Assembly: GCA_035543055.1 (NCBI GenBank) | Contig: DATKKJ010000054.1 | Span: 1,716-65,715, forward strand | Source: Terriglobales bacterium | Lineage (GTDB): Bacteria > Acidobacteriota > Terriglobia > Terriglobales > Acidobacteriaceae | Reading direction: 5' to 3' | Length of the DNA: 64,000 bases | In this document: piece after piece, positions 27,055-36,427 of the stretch | How the letters are laid out: the number at the start of each line of letters is the position of its first letter | Position numbering within the stretch: the stretch's first letter is position 1 | Notes under the pieces: model-generated | The model's database searches: none | What the model was told of the DNA's origin: nothing | What the model saw: only the letters and a program-made list of their open reading frames with translations | Made by a program: the position numbers and the translations under genes

Positions 27055-28770
27055 ATGAGTGAGTCCCCGATCAAGCGCATAGGCGATTACGAGATCCTTG
27101 GCGAGTTGGGCGCGGGCGGCATGGGCCGCGTGTACCGGGTGCGCAACGTCCTGACCGACCGGGTCGAAGCCATGAAGGTGCTGCTGCCCAACCTGCAGGG
27201 CCATGAAGAGGTGGCGGCGCGTTTCCTGCGCGAGATCAAGGTGCTGGCGGCGCTCAACCACCCCAACATCGCCGCCCTGCGCACGGCCCTGACCATCGAG
27301 AACCAGTTGGTCATGGTGATGGAATACGTGGAGGGCGAATCGCTGTCGTCGCGGCTCAATGCCGGGGCCATCCCGATCGCGGATGCGCTGAATTATCTCG
27401 ACCAGGTGCTGGACGCGCTCAGCTACGCGCACAAGAACCACGTCATCCACCGCGACATCAAGCCGGCGAACATGATGCTGACCCGCCAGGGAGTCGTGAA
27501 GTTGATGGACTTCGGCATCGCCCACACCGAGGCGGCCGAGGACGCCAAGAAGCTCACCGCAACCGGCTCGACCCTAGGATCCATCAGTTACATGTCGCCG
27601 GAGCAGGTGAAGGGCGAAAAGACCGACGAGCGTTCCGACCTCTACTCGCTGGGGATCTCGCTCTACGAGATGGTGACGGGGAAGAAGCCGTTCGATGAGG
27701 GCAGCAGCTTCTCTATCATGGCGGCGCACATCAACCAGGCGCCGACGCCGCCCATCGAGTTGCATCCCGACATCCCGCCGCTGGTCAACCAGCTGATCCT
27801 GAAGTCGATCGCCAAGCCGCCAGGCGAGCGCTACCAGACGGCGGACGCGTTCCGCGCGGCCGTGCGCCAGGCGCGCGCTCTGGTGCCGGCGGACGACCGG
27901 ACGATCGTGCGGGGCTCCAGCGACTACACCTTCGCCAATGCGCCCACGGTCGGCACCGTAGCGGCCAACGACCGGACGGTCGTGCAGGGCTCGACCGACA
28001 ACACCATCGCGGCGTCGATGGCGCCAACGGCGCCGAACCCGGCGATCCCCAGCGTGCCGGCGCCGGCTGCAAGCGCAGCTCCAACTGCTCCGGCGGCGCC
28101 CACCTACCGTCAGGCCTTCGCGACAGTCCCGGCACCTCCTCCGCGGCAGGCAGCCGCGCCGCAGTATGCAGCAGCGCCCGCTTCCCATCCGCCCGTCGCA
28201 GCCTCCGGCAGCCACCGTGGGCTTTACATCGCGCTCGGGGGGTTGCTGGTGGTCGTGGCCCTGGTCGCCGCCGGACTCTATATGCCGGGGCACAAGAAGG
28301 CTTCCGCATCCGACGCCGTGCAGCCGACCAAGGCGATCCAGGAAGCGCCGGCACCGACCCCGCCGCCAGCCGCGGCTCCAGCAGCCGCGCCCACACCAGC
28401 GGGTTCGACTGCGGACGCTGACGCTCTCGCCCGCGCCAAGGCGCAACGGCTGGCGCAAGAGAAGGCGGCCGCGGAAGCTGCTCGCGCTGCCGCCGAGCGG
28501 AAGGCGCAACTCGACGTGGTGGAGCACCAGATCGACCAACTGACCGGGCGCGCAGGTGCGGTGAACGCCAGCCTCAACACCCTGCAGCGCCAGCAGAACG
28601 CGTCCGGATATGGGCTGCGCGGCGACATGGCCTCGGCACAGAGCCGGCTGAACGTCAATCTGGCCAAAGCCCAGAACGCCATCCAACACGAGGACCTGGA
28701 GCGCGCCAAGCGCTATGCGGCGGAAGCCGAATCCGACCTCGAGACGCTGGAGAAGTTCCTGGGCAGATAA
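27055..28770 (+). CDS. Ser/Thr protein kinase with TM helix and extracytoplasmic coiled-coil region
   Basis: ORF trimmed to MSESPIKRIGDYEI. Hanks motifs GELGAGGMGRVY, HRDIKPANM, DFG, SPEQ. A/P-rich linker, one TM helix, coiled-coil tail. Confidence 0.9.
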   Translation: MSESPIKRIGDYEILGELGAGGMGRVYRVRNVLTDRVEAMKVLLPNLQGHEEVAARFLREIKVLAALNHPNIAALRTALTIENQLVMVMEYVEGESLSSRLNAGAIPIADALNYLDQVLDALSYAHKNHVIHRDIKPANMMLTRQGVVKLMDFGIAHTEAAEDAKKLTATGSTLGSISYMSPEQVKGEKTDERSDLYSLGISLYEMVTGKKPFDEGSSFSIMAAHINQAPTPPIELHPDIPPLVNQLILKSIAKPPGERYQTADAFRAAVRQARALVPADDRTIVRGSSDYTFANAPTVGTVAANDRTVVQGSTDNTIAASMAPTAPNPAIPSVPAPAASAAPTAPAAPTYRQAFATVPAPPPRQAAAPQYAAAPASHPPVAASGSHRGLYIALGGLLVVVALVAAGLYMPGHKKASASDAVQPTKAIQEAPAPTPPPAAAPAAAPTPAGSTADADALARAKAQRLAQEKAAAEAARAAAERKAQLDVVEHQIDQLTGRAGAVNASLNTLQRQQNASGYGLRGDMASAQSRLNVNLAKAQNAIQHEDLERAKRYAAEAESDLETLEKFLGR

Positions 28771-28778
28771 GCAGCGGG

Positions 28779-30227
28779 CTAGTGAAACTCGGTGCGATGG
28801 GGCAGGTACGGAACGTATCCGTACCGCTTCTTCGGCTGGGTCAGGGCTTCCACCTTGCGGAGCAGGAAGTTGAGCGGCTTCAAGGCGAGTCCGCGCCCGA
28901 TCAGCGCGATCACTGCCACCACCAGGAACATGAGATTCCAGCCGCGGACCACGGCGCGGAATGAGAAGAAGTCCTCGGCAAACTGCATCCCCGGCTCGAC
29001 CACCTGGGTGATGTACTCGAACAAGCGCGATCCGTGCACGGCGCCGGGCCGGATGACCGGGCCAACCAGGAAGTAAACGAAATAGCAGAGCGGCACGGCG
29101 AGCGTCGCCAGCGACAGGATCTTGCGCAACCCCAAGGCCGACCAGTACACCACCCGCTTCCACTCGCGGTAATGCGGGTCCCTGATCTGGCCGAGGACCA
29201 TGGTCGGCCAGACCAGCGACTTGGGCGGCACGATCTCTGCGCGGGACTCCTCGGCGATGAGCGTGCTGTGCGGAGCGGCCACGGCGCTGTCCGCGGTCTC
29301 GGCAGGGACGGGCTCTGGGGGCGGCTCGGGCGCCCGACTGGGGAGCGGTTCCCCCGGCGGCAGGAATTCGACGACCGCCTGGGAGAGGCGCTGCAGGGCC
29401 GCAATGTCGCCGAGGTCGAAGACATTCGGCTTGCTGGAAAAGACCTCGAACACGCCCTCGACCCGCCCGCCGTGCTTGACTGGCACCAGCAGCGCCGCCC
29501 GCAGACGCAGGGCCCGACAGACTTCGGCGTTCACGGTGGGATCGGATTCGGTATCGGGACAGAGCACCGGTTCGCCCGACCCCACACACCTTCCTGAAAG
29601 TCCGGCCTGGGGATCGAGCCGGGCGCCAAGCGCCGGCGCATTGCCGGCCCGGGCGCGGCAGAGGATGGCGTCATCCTTACGAAGGACGATGGCGGCGCCG
29701 TCGGCCGCAGTCATCACCATCATCTTGCGGATGAGCGCCTCCAGGCCGGGATGGTCCGCCTCCGCTTCCCATTCGGTGATGGGGCGGGGTCCCGGAGACC
29801 GAGGCAAGGCGGCGACGGCGATGGCCGGCTCGCTCCCCACAGGCGCAGGGTCATCATTTCCCGGGTGGGCTGCGGCTTGCTCGCCGCAGAGCCACTGCGC
29901 GAGTCTCGCCTGGCTGTTGTGCGAGAAGGCAAGGAAGCGCAGACCGGCGACACCGGAGGTGTGTGTCCACACCATCTCGCAGTTGACGCTGATGTCGGAG
30001 CCGTCGGGAAGAGAGAAGGAAATGGCCGAGCCGGCGGGGAGGTCCGGGGCCCTGGGAGCTGCTACCCGCATGCCGCCCTCGCTCAAGTCGAGAACGCGGG
30101 CACGGGAGGCGGCGTCGATTTCTGCGCAGATCCCCTTGCCTTCGACCGTGCGACGCGCAAAGCGGCGCCGCGCCGACCTTGGAGGGTACGCGTACGAGCC
30201 GGGAACCGGGATTCCCGCGATCGCCAT
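28779..30227 (-). CDS. PilZ - GAF - 2-TM membrane module protein
   Basis: 482 aa. PilZ motifs RRFAR (RxxxR) and DLSEGG (DxSxxG). Central GAF-like region. C-terminal pair of TM helices. Confidence 0.8.
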   Translation of the reverse strand: MAIAGIPVPGSYAYPPRSARRRFARRTVEGKGICAEIDAASRARVLDLSEGGMRVAAPRAPDLPAGSAISFSLPDGSDISVNCEMVWTHTSGVAGLRFLAFSHNSQARLAQWLCGEQAAAHPGNDDPAPVGSEPAIAVAALPRSPGPRPITEWEAEADHPGLEALIRKMMVMTAADGAAIVLRKDDAILCRARAGNAPALGARLDPQAGLSGRCVGSGEPVLCPDTESDPTVNAEVCRALRLRAALLVPVKHGGRVEGVFEVFSSKPNVFDLGDIAALQRLSQAVVEFLPPGEPLPSRAPEPPPEPVPAETADSAVAAPHSTLIAEESRAEIVPPKSLVWPTMVLGQIRDPHYREWKRVVYWSALGLRKILSLATLAVPLCYFVYFLVGPVIRPGAVHGSRLFEYITQVVEPGMQFAEDFFSFRAVVRGWNLMFLVVAVIALIGRGLALKPLNFLLRKVEALTQPKKRYGYVPYLPHRTEFH

Positions 30228-30247
30228 CCTAGCCCCTTACGGGATCC

Positions 30248-30487
30248 TCACGGGAGCTGCTTGGATCCGGCATCCCAGGCGGAGTAGCCGGGGTCCTTGG
30301 CGCCCGCCGGCCGCATCATCATGGGCGGCACCGGCATGGCGCTCAGGGAAGAGGCTCCCGCCGAAACGACGTCGCCGGATTCTTCATCGCTGAGCAGCTT
30401 GATGGTGTGGCGCAACGCCTCGATGTCGCGCTGGGTCTGCTCCAGCAGTTGTTCCTTCGCCCTCAGAACCTCATGGATGTTCTTCAT
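30248..30487 (-). CDS. small coiled-coil protein
   Basis: ATG at 30487 preceded by a GGAGGTGA RBS. Lies 20 bp upstream of the PilZ-GAF gene on the same strand. Confidence 0.55.
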   Translation of the reverse strand: MKNIHEVLRAKEQLLEQTQRDIEALRHTIKLLSDEESGDVVSAGASSLSAMPVPPMMMRPAGAKDPGYSAWDAGSKQLP

Positions 30488-30747
30488 CAATCACCTCCGG
30501 GCGTCCGCAGGACGCTCCACGATGGGCCCTCGGCCGGTTCGTGGCTGGGGCTGGAACCAAGTTAAGCAACAATATGCCTCAATTTCTGGGCAAGGTAAAC
30601 AGGTTTTTTAGGATTTCTTGGGTGAAATACTGGGTTTTGCCCTAAGCAGGCTGATTTCTGCCGTTTAGGCTGGCTTTTGTCGGGTTGCTCGGGCGGGAAC
30701 GGTTGCCATGGCGGCGGCCGTAGTCCGCTTGGCTTATCGTAAGTGCC

Positions 30748-31440
30748 ATGAAGACCGCGGGCATGATCGGCGGGCTGGGGCCCGAATCCACCATCGACTA
30801 CTACCGCTTGATCATCGCGGGCTACCGCGCGCGGCGGGGGAACGCCGGATACCCGGAGTTCATCATCTGCAGCCTTGACGTGGACAAGGGGATCGAGCTG
30901 GTGGACAGCGGGCGGCTCGCCGAGCTCACCGAGTACCTGGCGTCCGGGGTCGAGAAGGTAGCGCGGGCCGGCGCCGACTTCGGCTTCTTTGCCGCCAACA
31001 CGCCGCACATCGTCTTCGACCAGGTGCAGGCGCGGTCGCCGATCCCCCTGATCAGCATCGTTCGCGCCACCTCCGACCGCGCCAGGGCGCTGGGGATGAA
31101 GAAAGTCGGGCTCTTCGGCACCGGCTTCACCATGCGCGGGACCTTCTATCCCGAGGAGTTCCGGCGGGCGGGGATAGCACTGGCGGCGCCGAAGGAGGCG
31201 GAGATTGCTTTCATCCACGAGAAGTATCTCGGTGAGCTGCTGATCGGCAAGTTCCTGCCGGAGACGCGCGCCGAGGTGCTGCGGATCGCGCAGCGGATGA
31301 AAGCCGAAGACGGTGTCGAGGCTATCGTGCTGGCGGGGACGGAGTTGCCGCTGCTGTTACGCGAGGGCAAGTCCGACATCGAGTTCCTGGATACAACAGT
31401 GATCCACGTGGAGGCGGTGGTGGAGGAGCTGCTGCGGTGA
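30748..31440 (+). CDS. Asp/Glu racemase family protein (YgeA-like), both catalytic Cys positions substituted
   Basis: 230 aa with family motifs GGLGPEST, AANTPH (normally CNT.H) and LAGTEL (normally GCTE). Confidence 0.8.
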   Translation: MKTAGMIGGLGPESTIDYYRLIIAGYRARRGNAGYPEFIICSLDVDKGIELVDSGRLAELTEYLASGVEKVARAGADFGFFAANTPHIVFDQVQARSPIPLISIVRATSDRARALGMKKVGLFGTGFTMRGTFYPEEFRRAGIALAAPKEAEIAFIHEKYLGELLIGKFLPETRAEVLRIAQRMKAEDGVEAIVLAGTELPLLLREGKSDIEFLDTTVIHVEAVVEELLR

Positions 31441-31447
31441 CTTCAGT

Positions 31448-31477
31448 CGTCCCTACGGGACTCATTTCTTCAAACGG
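31448..31477. repeat. hairpin repeat (CGTCCCTACGGGACTCATTTCTTCAAACGG)
   Basis: Same family as 7197-7231. Confidence 0.5.
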
Positions 31478-31485
31478 CCGCTGAC

Positions 31486-31513
31486 CCGGCAGTAAACTGC
31501 CGGCCTATTTTTC
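31486..31513 (+). terminator. Rho-independent terminator
   Basis: Stem CCGGCAG / CTGCCGG with loop TAAA, followed by CCTATTTTTCATT. Confidence 0.7.
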
Positions 31514-31574
31514 ATTAAGCGCCTCCGGCGCGAGCGGGCCGGCGCGAGGGGCGTGGGCCACGTTGTCGGAATCG

Positions 31575-32447
31575 CTAGCGAGCAGATTTCTTGGTCGGTT
31601 CCCATCGGGGACAGTCGGACCGTGTTGTCGTATTGTTCCACTCTGCTTGCCCGGCAATGCCTTCGATGGCCATCTGAAATGCCCAAAGCTGAAGAGGTCC
31701 ACCGCCAGCGTATTCGACAACTTCGTGCGTCTTATCACCTGCAATCACGCGCATCGACCTGAAGTTTCCATGCGTGATGTCGCGCTCATAGTTCGACCTC
31801 AGGCTAAAGAATCCATTCCACTCCAATGAGAACCCAAGGCGTGCGAAGTCACCCGGCCAAACGCGGCCATGCCTGATCTCACAAAAGGTGCGGCGGTCCT
31901 TCGGATTCGCTGCTCGGCAGCGCTCTGTGTACTGAATGGCGCTGCCATCACTTCGAACGATGATTCTGTGCTGAGCACACAGGATGGATGTTGCGACGCT
32001 TTCGAAATCGACCTCACTCACTGCGGTAAACAGTCGGGGCTCTCCAGCAATCTGCAACTCGCCTTGAATCCAGCGCTGAAGCAAGAGCTCCGGAAATCGC
32101 CCGGAAAGGTGGTTCTGCAATACGTTCAACCATTCCAAGTGAGTCAAACCTCCTAACTCATCCGGGATCTTGCCGGTCAGGTTGTTGTCCAGAAGATCGA
32201 TGCTCGTGACCGTGCCGCCTTCGATTCCGAAGTCGCAGCGAACCCCATACCACATACACTCCGTACCGACGGGGCCGAGCCATCCGTCGTGCTTTTTCCA
32301 GTTTTCGCCCTGGCTGCTGTTGTAAAGCGCGATCAGTGCACCTCGTTCTTGTGGCGGTATTGGAACGGCCTTTCTTCCGGGGGTTTGGCCAAATACAAGC
32401 AGTGAGACGAAAACAAGTACGCAAAGAGCAAACATTAGCCAGCGCAT
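31575..32447 (-). CDS. secreted protein with plant-type LRR N-terminal cap + LRRs and unknown C-terminal domain
   Basis: 290 aa with a signal peptide. LRRNT_2-like segment (ALYNSSQGENWKKHDGWL..ECMWYGVRC) followed by LxxNxLTGKIPxELGxLxxLxxL. GC is visibly lower (43-63% per 60-nt line) than the flanks (~67%). Confidence 0.7.
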   Translation of the reverse strand: MRWLMFALCVLVFVSLLVFGQTPGRKAVPIPPQERGALIALYNSSQGENWKKHDGWLGPVGTECMWYGVRCDFGIEGGTVTSIDLLDNNLTGKIPDELGGLTHLEWLNVLQNHLSGRFPELLLQRWIQGELQIAGEPRLFTAVSEVDFESVATSILCAQHRIIVRSDGSAIQYTERCRAANPKDRRTFCEIRHGRVWPGDFARLGFSLEWNGFFSLRSNYERDITHGNFRSMRVIAGDKTHEVVEYAGGGPLQLWAFQMAIEGIAGQAEWNNTTTRSDCPRWEPTKKSAR

Positions 32448-32459
32448 GCTGCATTGTAA

Positions 32460-33848
32460 TCAGTTATCCGAGTGCGAACGCTTGAGGCGGCGGAGCAGGG
32501 AAGTGGGGTGGATGCCCAGGATGCGGGCGGCCTGGGTCTTGTTATTGCCGCTGGCGGTCAGCACTTCCTGGATGTAGCGGTCTTCCAGTTCGTCGAGGCT
32601 CAGGAACTGGTGGCCGGTGGGAGAAACGTCGAAGCCGGACGACATCGGGGGCTCCGCGGCCTTAGGCCGCACGTAGTCGCGGATCTCCTCGGGCAGGGAG
32701 GCGGCGTCGATGTCGCCTTCCGGGGCCAGGATCATGGTGCGCTCGATGACGTTGCGCAATTCACGGACGTTTCCCGGCCAGGGATAGGAAGTCAGGAGCT
32801 CGGCGGCGGCGGGCGTCAGGCCGGTAAAGTTCTTCTTTAAGTCCCGGTTGTAACGCTGCATCAGGTCTAAGGCTAACGGCACGATGTCTTCCTTGCGCTC
32901 GCGCAGAGCGTGAATTCGCAGGGGGACGACCGCCAGGCGGTAATACAGGTCCTCGCGGAACTTGCCGGCGGCGATCAGCTCCTTCAGGTCCTTGTTGGTG
33001 GCGGCGATGATGCGCACGTCCACGCTGATCACCCGGGTGCCACCGAGACGCATGAAGGTGCCTTCCTCGAGGACGCGCAGCAACTTGGCCTGGACGTTGA
33101 GCGACATGTCGCCGATCTCATCAAGGAAGAGGGTGCCGTGGTTGGCGCGCTCGATGAGGCCTTCCTTGCGGCGGCGGGCGTCGGTGAAGGCGCCCTGCTC
33201 GTAGCCGAAAAGCTCGCTCTCCAGGAGGGTCTCGGGCAGGGCGGCGCAATTCAGCTCGATGAGGGGCATGTGGGCACGGGGGCTGTGGTAGTGGATGGCC
33301 TTGGCCAGCACTTCCTTGCCGGTGCCGCTTTCGCCGGTGACGAGGATGGTGGTGCGGTCGCTCTCGGCGGCTTTGCGGCAGACCTCGAGCATCTCGCGCA
33401 CGTCGGGATTGAGGGTGACGACGCGGCCGAAATCGTAGCGTCCCTTGGCGTTCTGCACCGACTCGCTGACCCGGACGCGCAGGGCGAGCATCTCGGTGGC
33501 GCGGCGGACGGTGTTCACCATGTCGGCGAGGTGGAAGGGTTTGACCAGGAAGTCGTAAGCGCCGAGCTTCATGGCTTCGACCGCGCGGTCCACCTGGTGG
33601 TAGGCGCTCATCATGATGGCGATGGTCTGCGGAGACTGCTGCTTGATCTCGCGCAGGACCTCGACGCCATCCATGCCGGGCAGCACCACGTCGAGCAGCA
33701 CCAGGCTGGGATGGTCCTGGGCGAACCTCTCCAGGGCCTGTTCGCCACTAGTGGCGACCTCCACCTCGAAACCTTCCTCGCGGAGGGCGCGGCTGATGGT
33801 GCGCAGGGTGAGCGCCTCGTCGTCCACGACCAGGATGGAGTAGGCCAT
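32460..33848 (-). CDS. sigma54-dependent response regulator (NtrC family)
   Basis: 462 aa. REC domain, AAA+ domain (GESGTGKE, GAFTDA) and C-terminal HTH. Confidence 0.93.
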   Translation of the reverse strand: MAYSILVVDDEALTLRTISRALREEGFEVEVATSGEQALERFAQDHPSLVLLDVVLPGMDGVEVLREIKQQSPQTIAIMMSAYHQVDRAVEAMKLGAYDFLVKPFHLADMVNTVRRATEMLALRVRVSESVQNAKGRYDFGRVVTLNPDVREMLEVCRKAAESDRTTILVTGESGTGKEVLAKAIHYHSPRAHMPLIELNCAALPETLLESELFGYEQGAFTDARRRKEGLIERANHGTLFLDEIGDMSLNVQAKLLRVLEEGTFMRLGGTRVISVDVRIIAATNKDLKELIAAGKFREDLYYRLAVVPLRIHALRERKEDIVPLALDLMQRYNRDLKKNFTGLTPAAAELLTSYPWPGNVRELRNVIERTMILAPEGDIDAASLPEEIRDYVRPKAAEPPMSSGFDVSPTGHQFLSLDELEDRYIQEVLTASGNNKTQAARILGIHPTSLLRRLKRSHSDN

Positions 33849-34864
33849 CAGGTCACCACCTCTTCAAATTCCGGGGCCGGGCGGCCGACCTGGCGGATGG
33901 GCAGAGTGATGCGCACGGTCGTGCCCTGGCCGGGGTTGCTCTCGATGCGCAGATCGCCCTTGTGACTGCGCATATAGGACTGGCTGATACTCAGGCCGAG
34001 CCCCGTGCCCTTGCCGCGCTTGGTGGTGAAAAAGGGCTCGGTGACGCGGGGCAGGATGTCCGCGGGGATGCCGCAGCCGGTGTCGGAGACGGCGATCTCG
34101 ATCTGTTCCTCGAACTTCACCTTGCGGGCGGTGACCGCGATGCGCCCGCCCTCGTCGGTGGCCTGGCCGGCGTTGAGCAGCAGGTTCATCAGCACCTGGG
34201 AGAGCTGGTTGGCGTCGGCCGAGATCTGGGGCAGGTCGGGGGGGACATCTTTCACCAGCTCGATACCGTGGAACAGCGGCTGGTGGCGGAGGAAATCCAA
34301 GGTGTCTGTGACCAGGCGATCGAGATGGATCTTGCTGATCAGCAGGGGCCCGGGGCGGGCATAGTTCAGTAGGCCATGGATGGTGGCCGAGATGCGTTTT
34401 GCGCCCTCGATGCACTGCTCGAGCTCGGCGCGCTGCTCCGCGTCGCGGGCGGCGCGCAGCTCCAGCTCCAGGTGGGAGAAGATGCCGAGCAGGGGATTAT
34501 TGATCTCGTGGGCGGCGCCCATGGCGAGCTGGGCCAGGGCGGCATACTTCTCGTATTCAGCCAGCTGGGCCTGGAACTGGTGTTTTTCGCGGGCCAGTTC
34601 TCGTTGCTGGCTGAGGCGGTTGGCCAGCTCCTCCTGGGCCAGGTCGCGTTCCTGCTCGCGCTGCCGGGCCGTCTCCAGGGCACGGGCCAGGTCGGCGCAG
34701 GTTCGCTGGTAGCGCCGGCGAGTGGTCCACCACACGACCACCGCGAGAACGAGGGCGCCACCGGTGACGGCGATGATGAATTCGTGGGTCAGAAAAAACG
34801 ACGGGAGGTCAAGGACGGCGCAGCCGACCGGAATCGACGCACATCCGGGCGCGCACGGGGACAC
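33848..34864 (-). CDS. sensor histidine kinase
   Basis: 338 aa. TM helix, H-box AHEINNPL, HATPase motifs (DTGCGI, GTGLGLSIS). One-nt overlap with the regulator gene. Confidence 0.88.
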   Translation of the reverse strand: MSPCAPGCASIPVGCAVLDLPSFFLTHEFIIAVTGGALVLAVVVWWTTRRRYQRTCADLARALETARQREQERDLAQEELANRLSQQRELAREKHQFQAQLAEYEKYAALAQLAMGAAHEINNPLLGIFSHLELELRAARDAEQRAELEQCIEGAKRISATIHGLLNYARPGPLLISKIHLDRLVTDTLDFLRHQPLFHGIELVKDVPPDLPQISADANQLSQVLMNLLLNAGQATDEGGRIAVTARKVKFEEQIEIAVSDTGCGIPADILPRVTEPFFTTKRGKGTGLGLSISQSYMRSHKGDLRIESNPGQGTTVRITLPIRQVGRPAPEFEEVVT

Positions 34865-34918
34865 TTTCCGCTCCCTTCTTGCTACACCTCAACAATGGAA
34901 CGTAGAGCGGAAACCGGC

Positions 34919-34934
34919 AGTGATTCCGGTCACC
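34919..34934. promoter_or_regulatory. AGTGA-N6-TCACC inverted repeat (GTGA-N6-TCAC set)
   Basis: Sequence agtgattccggtcacc, centred 62.5 bp upstream of the annotated HK start (34864). Confidence 0.35.
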
Positions 34935-34971
34935 CGAAGACGTGACCCACGACATCGACATCGGGCCGGTC

Positions 34972-35385
34972 TCATTCGCCCATCACCTTCACCAGCACGC
35001 GCTTGCTGCGCTGGCCGTCGAATTCGGCGTAGAAGACGCGCTGCCAGGTGCCGAAATCGAGGCGGCCGGCGGTGACGGGCACGATCACCTGGTGGTGCAC
35101 CAGGATGGCCTTCAGGTGGGAGTCGCCGTTGTCCTCGCCGGTGTGATGGTGGCGGTACTCCTGGCGGAAGGGCGCCAGCTTTTCCAGCCAGTCGTCGATG
35201 TCCTGGATCAGGCCCGACTCGTCGTCGTTCACATAGACGCCGGCGGTGATGTGCATGGCGGAGACCAGCACCATGCCCTCCTTGATCCCGCTCTTGCGCA
35301 CGATGGCCTCCACCTGGGGCGTGATGTGCACGTATTCGCGATGCCTCTTGGTATGGAAGGTCAGGTACTCGGTGTGGAATGTCAT
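34972..35385 (-). CDS. YjbQ/UPF0047 family protein (secondary thiamine-phosphate synthase-like)
   Basis: ORF trimmed to [22 protein letters not shown]. The pattern [22 protein letters not shown] is typical of UPF0047. Confidence 0.8.
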   Translation of the reverse strand: MTFHTEYLTFHTKRHREYVHITPQVEAIVRKSGIKEGMVLVSAMHITAGVYVNDDESGLIQDIDDWLEKLAPFRQEYRHHHTGEDNGDSHLKAILVHHQVIVPVTAGRLDFGTWQRVFYAEFDGQRSKRVLVKVMGE

Positions 35386-35473
35386 ACGGCTAAAGAGTGT
35401 AAAGAAAAAGGCCGCTGGCGAGGGAACCAAGGCAGGTATCGCGGACAACGTCCGATAATGCGAAGATGGCCAC

Positions 35474-36427
35474 GTGTCGGGAACCGGCAAGAACCAGCAG
35501 GTGATCGCGGCTTTCAGCGACTATCTGAAAGTCGAGAAGGGACTGGCGCGGCTGACGGTCGCGGCCTACACCGCCGACCTGCTGCAATTCGCAGAGTTCC
35601 TGGAAGGGCGTCGCCGGGCGCTGCTTGCGGCCAGGCGCGACGATGTCCGTGACTTCCTGGACCGGCTGTTCGCCAACCGGCTGGACGGGCGCTCGGTGGC
35701 CCGCAAGCTCTCGACGTTGCGTCATTTCTACAAATACCTGCTGCTCGACCGGATGGTCGAACACGATCCGACCTTGAACCTGGAGACCCCGAGACAATGG
35801 AAGGTGCTGCCCAAGGCGCTTTCGCGGGAGGAGATCGGCGGCCTGCTGGGGCCGCGCGCGCGCGCCCCAAGGTCCAAGCTGGAGCAGGCGGTCGCCGCCC
35901 GGGACCGGGCGATGCTGGAGGTGCTCTACGGAGGCGCGCTGCGGGTCTCGGAGATGGTCGGAGTGAAGCTGGAAGACCTGAAGCTGGAGCTTGGTTACGT
36001 CCTGGTGCGGGGCAAGGGAGACAAGGAACGCATCGTGCCCCTGGGGAAGCCGGCGGTCGATGCGCTGGAGGACTATCTGAAGAACTGGCGGGGCGCGTTG
36101 GCGGCCGGGAAGGGAAGCCCGCTGTGCTTCATTGCGAGGGGAGCTCGGGCCCTGACGCGGCAACGGGTGTGGCAGATGGTGCGGGCAGCGTCGGCTTCGG
36201 CGGGACGAGCAGCCAGCCCGCACATGCTGCGCCATAGCTGCGCCACCCACATGGTCGAGAAAGGCGCCGACCTGCGCACGGTGCAGACCATCCTCGGCCA
36301 TGCCGACATCGCCACCACCCAGGTGTACACGCACCTGGCGCTCGACCGCCTGAAGACCGTGTACCGGGACCATCATCCGCGGGCAAAGAAAGGCCACCAC
36401 AGAGGCGCGGAGACAGGGAGCGAATGA
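35474..36427 (+). CDS. xerD: tyrosine recombinase XerD-like
   Basis: 317 aa with a GTG start. Catalytic pattern ..LRVSE.., [24 protein letters not shown]. Confidence 0.8.
   Translation: MSGTGKNQQVIAAFSDYLKVEKGLARLTVAAYTADLLQFAEFLEGRRRALLAARRDDVRDFLDRLFANRLDGRSVARKLSTLRHFYKYLLLDRMVEHDPTLNLETPRQWKVLPKALSREEIGGLLGPRARAPRSKLEQAVAARDRAMLEVLYGGALRVSEMVGVKLEDLKLELGYVLVRGKGDKERIVPLGKPAVDALEDYLKNWRGALAAGKGSPLCFIARGARALTRQRVWQMVRAASASAGRAASPHMLRHSCATHMVEKGADLRTVQTILGHADIATTQVYTHLALDRLKTVYRDHHPRAKKGHHRGAETGSE

Noticed and set aside
27574-29589. 671-aa minus-strand ORF overlapping the kinase and PilZ-GAF genes.
   Set aside because: It crosses two well-supported genes in other frames or strands, and it is Arg-rich junk.
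29596-29605. GAAAGTCCGG, reminiscent of the RNase P RNA conserved GGAAAGUCCGG.
   Set aside because: It lies inside the well-supported PilZ-GAF CDS, and no other RNase P elements are nearby.
30565-30578. Sigma54-like -24/-12 element on the minus strand (GGCATattgtTGC), upstream of the small coiled-coil / PilZ-GAF operon.
   Set aside because: Only 9 nt separate GG and GC where the consensus TGGCACG-N4-TTGC has 10. The spacing is normally invariant.
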